From positions 71,617 to 135,616 of the forward strand of contig VRVR01000025.1 in the NCBI GenBank assembly GCA_009859145.1: a stretch of DNA of 64,000 bases, in the 5' to 3' direction. Below are positions 30,974 through 40,365 of the stretch, in pieces (positions within the stretch are counted from its first letter, which is position 1; each line of letters starts with the position of its first letter). Origin of the DNA: Andalucia godoyi And28. Lineage: Eukaryota > Protista > Jakobida. Both the position numbers and the translations under genes were made by a program. Below the pieces are notes generated by a model. It had not been told where the DNA came from and made no database searches. It saw only the letters and a list, made by a program, of their open reading frames with translations.

Positions 30974-31504
30974 CGCTGGTCACAGCCGTTCCGTTCTTGG
31001 CGTTCTTATCGACGTACTGCGCAAAAAGTATCCAAGCCCCCAGTTTTTTTCACACCCGGAAAAGGGAAGAAGAAGAAGAACAGAAAAAAGAATCGACAAG
31101 AAGGAAATTCGAAGAGATCGAAGAAGAAAAGGACCACCCTATATATATATATATATATGTATGTATATATATGTATATATATTCATAAATACAGTTTTTG
31201 GGCTTTTTCAATGTGTAAAATTTCGACGATTCGTATCGCAGGGGAAACTTGAAAAGCTCGATGGACCGCGTGGAAAATGGAAAAGGGATGGGATACGGCA
31301 GGTGAGTGAAGAAGGCAATTTTTGGTTATCTCCTCTTCTGGTTGATCTTCTCATTCTTCTGGTGTCTGCTTGGTACTGCTACTACTACTACAGTGCAGGA
31401 TGAGAAAGGCGCGGGTTTGTACTATTCCATCCTTTTTATTTTGTAAATATATTATTTTTTTGTGGGTTTTTGGAGCCTGGGAATCTTGGGTTCTTGTTTC
31501 GACA

Positions 31505-33109
31505 TTAGCGTTCGGAGGGGGTTTGCAAGACAGTTTGCAGGGCAGTCTGCAGCCTTTTGGAAATGACGGACAACTTGAGAGCCAGATCGTCGTTCTTTGC
31601 AAATCCCTCGATCATGACGCCGGTCTCTGCGACCATGCGACTGCTTTGCGCGCCACCCGACGGCCGAGAATTGACAAGCGACTGCTGAGCTCCCGACAGT
31701 TTTTCGAGGCGTGCAACTTCGAGACGGCATGCGCTTGCACGGACGTCATCAAAAGACTCCACATGTCCACGGAGCCACTCGGCGTTTTGAACCAGGGACA
31801 GAGACTCCGACACTGGAGACGCTTCCTCCGCACAAGCAGAAGTAAACGATAAAATCGCATCCAGTACCATTGGGTGGCATATAAGACGAGCATACCCGGA
31901 TGGACCATGCACGCAGGAGAACTTTGCAATGGCTTCTCTCCGCGCGGCCGTCGTCAGGCGATGCCTGCAAACGTTCATGAATTCGAGTTGTGAAGCATCA
32001 CTCTCAAAAAATAGAACATGGCTCACATCACCATGGCTATCCATCGCAATATTCAGCTGCACAAGACTTGCCATGGGTGGAGGAGCCCAGAACAGGGGTA
32101 CACACTTGGAAAGCAGAGCAACGTCCTGGACATACAGCTTATCATCCATGAACCCCGACTCAATGCACTCGCTTCGCAGTTCAGAAGCAAGTTGCAGAAA
32201 GCCGTGCGACAGGACATGTTTCATGTGACACATGTACTCGACACGAAACCGCAATTCGGAAACCACGATGCCAAGCGCAGTCGCATCACCCAGCTTCTGT
32301 TTGGGGTCTCGCTCACGAACGTCCGCACGCCGACTTGCATAGGATCGGAGAAAGACGGAAACGTCCCGATAAGTTAGAATATCTGATTCGGCGTATCCCA
32401 GCAGTGCGTTCTGAGCGTCCTCATTCGGCTGCGGAAAATCCAGCGGAAAGAGAGCATCCTCGTCGCCATCGAGATCATGGAACTTTACCAAGTCCAGAAA
32501 CTTGGACGGATGGGAGTCGCCGAACTTACCGAGAATTGTCTGATCAGCTTTAGGGAACCATGGAAACATCTGCAACTCGGATCGCTGTTCAAAATTCTCC
32601 AAACAGGATCGAATGTTCTGCATGAACTTCCGGTCCTCCATCCATAGCCCCCACGCTGATGCAAGTCGCTCAGCGCGATTCCGGTGCGTGTCGTCATCTG
32701 CAACAGAGAACACATTGTCGGACGGTTCCAGATACAGGAATCGGTTCGAGTGCTTTACAAATGTGTTGAAAAACGGCAACGAATGGAGATGGTCTCTTGG
32801 ATTCGCAAGAACATCTGCAGGTACGCTACGCCGACGAGCAGAACGAAAGAAAAGAGCAGGCGGTGGTCCTTCTTTTCCTCTTCCTCCCCCTCCACCTTCT
32901 TCTTCTTCTCTTCTTGCCGTATCATCCTCATCACCATCCTCACTATCTGCTGAAAAGTACGGTAGCAAATCGCCAGGAAGCGGGACATGTGCAATGCTCT
33001 TCCCGCCACTTTGAACAAGCGACTGCAGGCAAGTTGAGTACCGCGACGGGGCAAGCGCATGCAGCCTTTGAAAGATGATCTGGAGATCCGGTCGACTCAG
33101 ATTCATCAC
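31505..33109 (-). CDS. Hypothetical protein
   Basis: 534-aa uninterrupted ORF bounded by AT-rich intergenic DNA. No recognised motif. Confidence 0.65.
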   Translation of the reverse strand: MMNLSRPDLQIIFQRLHALAPSRYSTCLQSLVQSGGKSIAHVPLPGDLLPYFSADSEDGDEDDTARREEEEGGGGGRGKEGPPPALFFRSARRRSVPADVLANPRDHLHSLPFFNTFVKHSNRFLYLEPSDNVFSVADDDTHRNRAERLASAWGLWMEDRKFMQNIRSCLENFEQRSELQMFPWFPKADQTILGKFGDSHPSKFLDLVKFHDLDGDEDALFPLDFPQPNEDAQNALLGYAESDILTYRDVSVFLRSYASRRADVRERDPKQKLGDATALGIVVSELRFRVEYMCHMKHVLSHGFLQLASELRSECIESGFMDDKLYVQDVALLSKCVPLFWAPPPMASLVQLNIAMDSHGDVSHVLFFESDASQLEFMNVCRHRLTTAARREAIAKFSCVHGPSGYARLICHPMVLDAILSFTSACAEEASPVSESLSLVQNAEWLRGHVESFDDVRASACRLEVARLEKLSGAQQSLVNSRPSGGAQSSRMVAETGVMIEGFAKNDDLALKLSVISKRLQTALQTVLQTPSER

Positions 33110-33408
33110 TCGCTCGTCACAAAGTCACACCCATCACAGCGTTTCTTCGTCACTGTTTACGAAGGAAAACATGAAAGAAGGGGCTTGCTGCTGTACTGCA
33201 CTGGTTGACGATCGGACAGTTGTCGACGCGATGCTAAGCATTGCATCATGTCCATTAATTTAATTTCAATTTTTACAAAAGGGCGCTCTCCACCATACTG
33301 TAGTTGTGGAAGAGGAAAACATCGACAGAAAGACACGAGTAGACGAAGCGACCAACAGAAGAAGAAGAAAAAGGAGTAGAAGAAGGAGAAGGAGGAGAAG
33401 GAGAGAAA

Positions 33409-34572
33409 ATGTCGCATTACGAAACGCTCGGATTGACTTGCGAATGCTCAGAAGAAGACATCAAAAAGGCGTATCGGAGGCTTTCGCTGCAGTGTCATCC
33501 TGACAAGAATCCGGCAGCGTCGGATGCTTGGGACAAGATCCAAAAGGCGTACACAGTGCTGAAGGACCGCGAATTGCGTGAGCATTACGACCGCACTGGG
33601 AATGACACACTGACGCCGAATGTACCGTCGTCGTTGTTTGACGACTTGTTTCAATCGACGAGAACGCTGTTTGATTCGTGGTTCAACCGCTCGAAGGACT
33701 CCGCGTCGTCTGAGTTGGATGTTGTGGTGCCGATCGATGTTTCGCTGGCGGAAGCAGATGCCGGGTGTGTGCGGCAACTCCAATACAGTCGCAAGATACC
33801 TTGTAGCAGCTGTGATGCAACGGGGGCTGCGTCGAAAGAGTCGGTGCGGTACTGTCTGTCGTGCAAAGGAACGGGAAAGATGGTGATGGAACGCCGGCTG
33901 GCAGACGGTGTCGGCGAGCGGTTTGTTGTGCAGTGTGAGCAGTGTGGAGGGCAGGGCTCCTGGATTACAGAGAAGTGCAAGACTTGCATGGGCCGAAAGT
34001 ACCTGAAGGTATCAAGGACTGTGAACGTTGCGATTCCCCCGGGCGTTGCCCAAGGAGAACAAATTCGCTTCGACGGCCAAGCAGATGTTCGCAAGAAGAC
34101 AGAAGCAGAACGTACTGAGCAAAAAGGTGCGCTCGTTCTGAGTGTCAATGTCGTCGCCGGTGCGAAGGAGGATGGGGTGTTTCGTCGTGCCAGTCCTGAT
34201 GGAGCAGATGTTGAGTGCCATGTCTCCATGAAGTTGATTGATGCACTGGTTGGAACTCCAGTGCACTTGGAGTCCCTTCGAGGAGAGTCGCTGCATATCA
34301 AGCCATCAACGAGCGTGTGGCATGGTGGGAAGTATGTGTTGCCGCAATTTGGGATGACCATTCGGCGTGCTCCATCGGAAAGGGGAAATTTGATTGTGCT
34401 TGTTCGGGTAATAATGCCGGAGCATCTGAATGCGGAGGCGAAAGCCCTGCTTCGAAGTGCTCTCGGGGATCCTTTGGCTCTCATTCGTTACAATTGGAGA
34501 AAGGGAAGGGAGGCGGCAAACGAGCGGGACTCGTCCTCTGTACTGTACGCGCAATTCATTCCCGAACCATAA
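33409..34572 (+). CDS. DnaJ/Hsp40 class A-like co-chaperone
   Basis: J domain with HPD (CHPDKN), four CxxCxGxG-type repeats and a C-terminal substrate-binding domain. Confidence 0.9.
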   Translation: MSHYETLGLTCECSEEDIKKAYRRLSLQCHPDKNPAASDAWDKIQKAYTVLKDRELREHYDRTGNDTLTPNVPSSLFDDLFQSTRTLFDSWFNRSKDSASSELDVVVPIDVSLAEADAGCVRQLQYSRKIPCSSCDATGAASKESVRYCLSCKGTGKMVMERRLADGVGERFVVQCEQCGGQGSWITEKCKTCMGRKYLKVSRTVNVAIPPGVAQGEQIRFDGQADVRKKTEAERTEQKGALVLSVNVVAGAKEDGVFRRASPDGADVECHVSMKLIDALVGTPVHLESLRGESLHIKPSTSVWHGGKYVLPQFGMTIRRAPSERGNLIVLVRVIMPEHLNAEAKALLRSALGDPLALIRYNWRKGREAANERDSSSVLYAQFIPEP

Positions 34573-34669
34573 TGCATCTGCGTTCTCGAGGGAAGATCTG
34601 CCTGCTGCAGATTATGTGCAGCCCCATTCGCTACGCAAGTTCGTTTCGTTTGAATCACATCGCATTTAT

Positions 34670-36652
34670 TCAGCTGTTGTATGCATTCGGAGACGCTTGC
34701 GTTTGTGAACCGTAGACCAGGGGAGTTTGCTGCGCGTATCCCGGAGGAATTTCCGGAGCGCTTGGAGCGTTCATCGGTTGGACGATAGGGCTAGAGGACT
34801 CTGGTGCGGTTGATGGATATTGTGGAAACTCGCTGGAGACCGAAACAGAGGCGCCATACGAAAACTCTTCCTTGCTAGTTGGAGGTGAGGCGGGAGGAGC
34901 AGCCTGTCGCCGAATAAGCATGTAGATGTCCTTTCCTCCAGCAGTTCTATTCAAATCGGCACGTGTTGCATCGCCAACAGTCCGCAGCACACGCTCATAA
35001 CCCGGTGGAATGTTGTTCTCTTCATCAGGATCGCTCAAAAAGACGACTTGAACATCCGTGATGGGAGTCTTTGCAGGATCCCTGCGATACACCAAATAAA
35101 TATCAGTTCCTCCGTTCCCAGAATTGACGTTCGCCGAGCGACCCCCGGCAGTCTTGCTGACAGCAACCCATGGAGGGCTAAGCTGGGGGAAGACATCCCC
35201 TTCGTTTGGCATGAACAGGGAAACCTCGGAAATCGGAGCCAGTCCTGGGCTCGGCGGATATCGAGTAAATGCCAAGTACAACTTGGCAGGACGATGGAAG
35301 AACTTTCCGCTACCGGTGTTCAAATCTGCAGGCTTGTTTCCAATTGTTCTGGTAATCGTTTCATAGCCCTGAGGCGCCTTTTCGCCTTCAGAAACGTTCA
35401 CTATCGCGAAATCGTAAATACAGCCATAGATGCTTGGATCCGGTTGCACGATCACCGAGGAGACGGGGGCGGACATCACGGGGGCGGACATCACGGGGGC
35501 GGACATCACGGGGGCGGACATCACGGGGGCGGACATGCAGCCAGGCGAAGGACTCTGTGGGGGCATACCTCCGTTGAAAGAACTACTTTGGGAAAATGGG
35601 AAAGGAACCGACGGCTGCGGAGAAAGCCCTCCAGGCTGCCCAACAGAAGACGAAGGAGCCATGGTGAACACATTCACCGGAGACGATACGCTGAGATTGA
35701 ACGCAAACGTTGCATCGACGACACACTCCGCGTGGATCTTGTAATCTACATGGATCAGCTTACCGTGGAAGGAGCTCGGCGCTTCCACGGGCAATATGAA
35801 CGAGAAGGGGACCGGTCGAGATTCGTGGGCTAGCACAGCCGGGCTTTGAATATTGATCACCTGATCTCCCACGTGCTGGGTGTAGTTTTGTGCGCTCAAC
35901 CGGATCGTACGATCCAATTTGATGCGAATTGTCTTCACGTGATTTGAAGACTGGTTGTCGACGACCACTTGTCCCTCGATGTTGAATCCCTTTGGAAGTG
36001 CTCGCGATGGCATTTGCAGACACATCCGCAGCGATCCCGACGAAAACATAAACTTCTTCGAATCCTGCTGCTGAATGGGCGACGCAAAATCAGGAATATT
36101 CAATCCAGGGGAATCTGATCCCAGCATAAAGACCTGCTTTTCATCCTTGTAGTCTGTATGGAACATTCCTCGCGGGATCCATGCTTTCACCTTGTAGGAC
36201 ACGTTTGCAGCGCGAGCAATGGCCGTGACACGAGGCGCGGATATCAAATCCATCGTCGGCGGTATACCGTGTTCAGGAATCACGATTGAAAACGGAAAGT
36301 AATGCTCTCCAGGTGGATACCTGCCTTCACCCGCAATGACCTGCGATGATTCGTAAACATGGTGCTCTCCGCTGACCGAGTGATTCATCGTAAGCCCAAC
36401 AACCGTTGAGTGATGGCCGCTGTGGTGGTGTCCACCCCCAGGAGAGGTCGAATTGTGACGTCTCTCAATCTCTGCAAAAAGAGCAGTCCCCGGCTCGGAG
36501 CGGAGAGTCACCGATTCAAGTCCGACAAGCTTGATGTTCACGGATTTGATCGACTCGAGATCATATCCAGTCACCGTAAGCCTCACTACACCTTGCAACA
36601 CTCGGCCGGGAACCAGAACTGGGTCCGGAATGTCCACTGTCAACACCGTCAT
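34670..36652 (-). CDS. Arrestin-fold protein with C-terminal MABP-like domain
   Basis: Arrestin_N/C-like blocks (GEHYFPFSIVIP, VSYKVKAWI, PSSFHGKLIHVDYKIH), then a Pro/Ser linker, then three repeats of the MABP-type motif (PQGYETITRTIGNKPADLNTG...LYLAFTR; ANVNSGNGGTDIYLVYRR; PPGYERV...ADLNRTAGGKDIYMLIRR). Confidence 0.75.
   Translation of the reverse strand: MTVLTVDIPDPVLVPGRVLQGVVRLTVTGYDLESIKSVNIKLVGLESVTLRSEPGTALFAEIERRHNSTSPGGGHHHSGHHSTVVGLTMNHSVSGEHHVYESSQVIAGEGRYPPGEHYFPFSIVIPEHGIPPTMDLISAPRVTAIARAANVSYKVKAWIPRGMFHTDYKDEKQVFMLGSDSPGLNIPDFASPIQQQDSKKFMFSSGSLRMCLQMPSRALPKGFNIEGQVVVDNQSSNHVKTIRIKLDRTIRLSAQNYTQHVGDQVINIQSPAVLAHESRPVPFSFILPVEAPSSFHGKLIHVDYKIHAECVVDATFAFNLSVSSPVNVFTMAPSSSVGQPGGLSPQPSVPFPFSQSSSFNGGMPPQSPSPGCMSAPVMSAPVMSAPVMSAPVMSAPVSSVIVQPDPSIYGCIYDFAIVNVSEGEKAPQGYETITRTIGNKPADLNTGSGKFFHRPAKLYLAFTRYPPSPGLAPISEVSLFMPNEGDVFPQLSPPWVAVSKTAGGRSANVNSGNGGTDIYLVYRRDPAKTPITDVQVVFLSDPDEENNIPPGYERVLRTVGDATRADLNRTAGGKDIYMLIRRQAAPPASPPTSKEEFSYGASVSVSSEFPQYPSTAPESSSPIVQPMNAPSAPEIPPGYAQQTPLVYGSQTQASPNAYNS
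35463..35537 (-). repeat. Coding 15-bp tandem repeat x5 (MSAPV)
   Basis: ACGGGGGCGGACATC repeated five times, in frame. Confidence 0.95.
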
Positions 36653-37689
36653 GCAAAAATCCCAATAACAAACACACAACCCTGCACAACACAACTCGGA
36701 AAATCGGGAAAATCAAAAGAAAAAACAGGGCTTTTCCGCAGATCAAAGAGAATCCAACATTGCGAGATTCGGCGTTCTGTAGTTTCGGGACAGTTGTTCT
36801 CGAACATCTCGTGTCTCGACATGAGGTGGCTTTGGAAACTGGGTGCGCGCTGGCAGCGTCTTCTCTCAAAAAAGTCTGAACACCATCCACCATGGTGCTT
36901 GCCCGTCAGCGTCGATCATGAGATACGGAATAGCAAACAAGTGGAATGGGAGAAGAAAAAAAAAAGAAACGGAATAAAGAATAAAAGGAATAAAAGAAAG
37001 AGCGTGGGCGTTCAGGATTCTGATTTTGGAAACAGAGACCGGGGTGTTGCACCCGACGGACCCTTGCAGTGATGTCTCGCTGTTAAAGCTGATTTGCTGT
37101 GTGTGAATCCTTCAGCTTCTCAGTGGGACTTCGTTCCTTATAAAGGACTGAGGAAAGACAACTTGCAAACTTGTGGGCGTTGGCAGTTGTGGCCGGTTGA
37201 GCCAATATGATACTGGCGGTGGTCATATTCCTTCAACCTGCATTTCCACCGCGCCTCCTCCGCATACCCGCAAGCAGGAAATTCTTTGTCGCGGCACTCC
37301 TTCATAACCCACTGCATATCTTTCCATTCCCTGAAGGATTCACGCAGCGTACAAACTCCCAAAGGACACATGACGGCCCAAAAGGGTCTCGGATCAAAAA
37401 CTGAGAATCCTGGCTTCGATTCTATTTATTTTTGTTTTTGTTTTTTATCTCCTCCACCCATCCCTCAGTCATCTCGATCGTGCGATCATGGTTACTGAGA
37501 CCCAGTCATATCAAAATAAAGTGCTGGTCTCTTTTCGCTTACGTCGCTTACATCCAATATCGTTGCAAGAGAAACAAAACAAAATATTTATATAAAAGAA
37601 GAAGAAGAAAACTTTACATGGCAGCAAACCATCAACAACAAGAATAAGACAATACCAAAGGCAGATCAGAACAGAAAAACGCAGGGCGG

Positions 37690-39230
37690 CTATGGAGTCC
37701 ACACGATTTGATCGACTGCTGCTGCTGCATCCTTTTGAAGTCCTTGCAGCGTCTGTGCTTTGCTTGCAGTCTTTCGAAGCTCTTGCAAAACCACGTCATG
37801 TCTGGCGAATGCCGCACGCATCTTGCTCTCATCACATAAGAAGGCGATCAGCAAACAGCTGTTTTGAACTGCGTGGAGATTAACGTCTTGGCGATTCGGA
37901 GTATCGGGTCCAAAGAACTGCAGTGCCGCAAGCGGGATTTCAATAAACAGCGGGTTGCGATATGGCAGGTCGACTGGTCGCGAGGCCACGCGTTCGGAGA
38001 CTTCGACAATCGCCTTTTTTCCATCAACCAAAAGCGAGATGTTCGTCAGGAATGCGAGCAAGTTTTGAGCGCGAGACGCGTAGGACAGTGCAGACTTTGG
38101 GGTGCTCTGCTGCGTCGGAATCATCAACAACATGTAGAACTCCAGAAAGGACGACTTGTACGGATTGGCTGCGGAATCACTCGTGTAGGGATCCTTGATT
38201 ATGGACAGCACTGTTTCGCGGTCCCGGGCCAAGGAAGCAAGGCACTGGAAGATCTCTTCGGCAGGAACAAACTCGACCGCCCACGTTGCAATATCAAGCA
38301 ATGTACGTCGTTTCTTCGCAGCGGCTGCCTTTTCTGCCGCTGACTTTTCTTCTTGTCCGTACGAACTGGACACTAAAGCGTCGAAACAGTTCCAAAGAAC
38401 GCTTTGCAGCGAACGGTGCCTCGAGTTTGGTCTGGGTGGGCCGGAAGCAAGGGTCTTCAAGGAACTTACCAACACTTGAAAATCCTGTCCACTGGCGTCA
38501 TCCCACACCTCTCGACACACCTCTCTGTCCCGCGTCAGCAGCGTCTCGAGGCACTTTGCAGCAAAGAAATGACACTCCATGCAGCTTTCACGGAAAACGT
38601 TCTGCTTGAGCCCGAGGCCTACGGACAGCCCATCCAAAACCATCGCAATCGTCTCGAAGCGTCCCGGAACGCGTTCTTTCAGATACGATCGCGCAGCTGC
38701 AACTCTCAATATAAGCTCCAACACTTCGTATGCACCTGCTCGAACAATATCATCAGGATCGTCCGTTGGTCCTTGGTTTATGAAAAAGTCTACAATTTCC
38801 AGCGGAAGAGTCTTGATCACATGTTTTTCGTCCTGCAGGAATAAATCTCGCCAGGCAACCACTGCTTTTCTCCGGTGAATCAGACTATCGCTCTTAACCA
38901 TTACTTTCTAGACGGCAGGGAGCAAACGCAAAAAGCAAAAGGCAAAACACCAGAAAACAGCAAGATGATGAAACAAGGGGGGGCTTCGTAAATATCAAGC
39001 TGCCACACCAAAAACAACCCAAAAGCACAAAGACGAAGAGGCAAAACGAAAAATGCACATACAAGTTTGTCATACACCCAATCTCCATATGCAGGAGTGA
39101 CAAGATCGGGATCTCGCTCCTGCACATCTCCTCGGATCGAGAACCGGCAAATATGGCGATGGTTCTGTTCAAACCCCAAAGACTCTTGTTTCGCAGCAAC
39201 CTCAGACTCGGAGTATCTGATGCCACCAGA
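37690..39230 (-). CDS. RSPH14: Radial spoke protein 14-like ARM-repeat protein; spliced, start uncertain
   Basis: The GTATGT...CTAG intron 39062-38908 joins DPDLVTPAYGDWVYDKL to KVMVKSDSLIHRRKAVVAWRDL, which resembles the RSPH14/RTDR1 N-terminus. A further upstream exon is likely. Confidence 0.6.
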
Positions 39231-39535
39231 CGGAGAAACATAAAAAAGAAGAAAACACAAAGGGTCAGTATAAAACAGACAAAAACATTGTAAGCCATAC
39301 CATTATTCGTCATTCATGAACATCAAAGTAAACTTTAAAAAGAAAAGAAAGAAATCGCAACATACCCTTGGCGCTTCCTAATTACAGACCACATTTTCCT
39401 ACGTGTTCGTATACAAGGCTACAACAGTAACGACGATGATGACGATAATGACGATGACAAAGATTAGATTTCTGATTTTCTGCATAAAAATGCCCAAAGC
39501 CACGCAAACGCCTCTTTGGGACACAACCGCCATTA

Positions 39536-40102
39536 CCGTAGAATAATGACCCGTCATTGTCATGCATGCGGAAGAATGCATAATCTGACACGGTCGACAC
39601 TGGCCGACACTAGCACGTTTGTTTCACAGGGAATTCGTGCTTACGCACGCTCGGCCAGAATTCAGCCGGTGACACAGGCTCTGCATTTTCGACACTCTTT
39701 AACGCAGCATCCATAGCCATCTATTCTATCATTCGTTGGTTTGGTTTTTTGGTTTCACTTTTTTATTCAAATATGGGCGTGAGTGCGCTGGGACGACGCA
39801 TTCGCCTACGCCTACGCCGCCCGATACAGGGCCTCCTAGGTCCCGCAGACCTCCTAAGAGACCACGTGTCACTACGCCTGCTGCTAGGGCCGTCAGCATC
39901 AAAATGCACCCTTCTCAGGAACAACGTGTCGCGCTGAGAAAGTGGCTCACAGATTGATCGAGATTGGGAACGGAGCGCAGAACATCTATCTGAAGATCGC
40001 CGTGTGGCGTGTTGGGGGCCGATCCCCTTCCCGGCAACGGGATGCACGATTGAGTATGCATGTCTATTCGTAGATATGCATACTCAGTGTACAACGTAGG
40101 CG
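39536..40102 (+). mobile_element. Non-autonomous Fanzor2/TnpB-derived element, family A copy 2 (internal deletion, HTH joined to RuvC-III)
   Basis: RSRRPPKRPRV...ARAVSIKMHPSQEQRVALRKWL (TnpB N-terminal HTH-like) is fused to QIDRD/W(G)NGAQNIYLK and followed by the structured right end. Confidence 0.8.
40014..40100 (+). ncRNA. Candidate omegaRNA scaffold (copy A2)
   Basis: TCCCG-GCAA-CGGGA (40029-40042) and a 16-bp stem with a TTCG loop (40051-40086, one G-U pair), followed by the terminal GTAGG. Confidence 0.6.
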
Positions 40103-40365
40103 TAGAAAAAGGTCCGGCGCAAGAAATTTTGCAGCGCCTGTAAAGAAAGTCCCAGCCGTTTCTGAGTTTCTGATCGATGTCGGTTCGTTTGGGACATTTT
40201 GGGGACTCTTTTTTTATATTTATTTGTTGGTTGACTTTTGAGGCTTTTAAACTGCGGAAACGGTTTCTTTTGCGAAGATTTTCTGTTTTCATCACTCCGA
40301 TTTACTCGTGCGTTTTCTTATTGGAGCCGGTGTTGTGGTCGGTGTTGTTTTTTGCGTAAAATCCA

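Noticed and set aside
35463-35537. 15-bp tandem repeat considered as a CRISPR-like array
   Set aside because: It has no spacers and is an in-frame coding repeat (MSAPV x5). No repeat-spacer array was seen anywhere in the window.
37110-37420. CTGAGA and ATACCC words suggesting a TPP riboswitch
   Set aside because: The motifs are in the wrong order and the AACCTGAT...TAAT...GCGxAGGGA part is absent on both strands.
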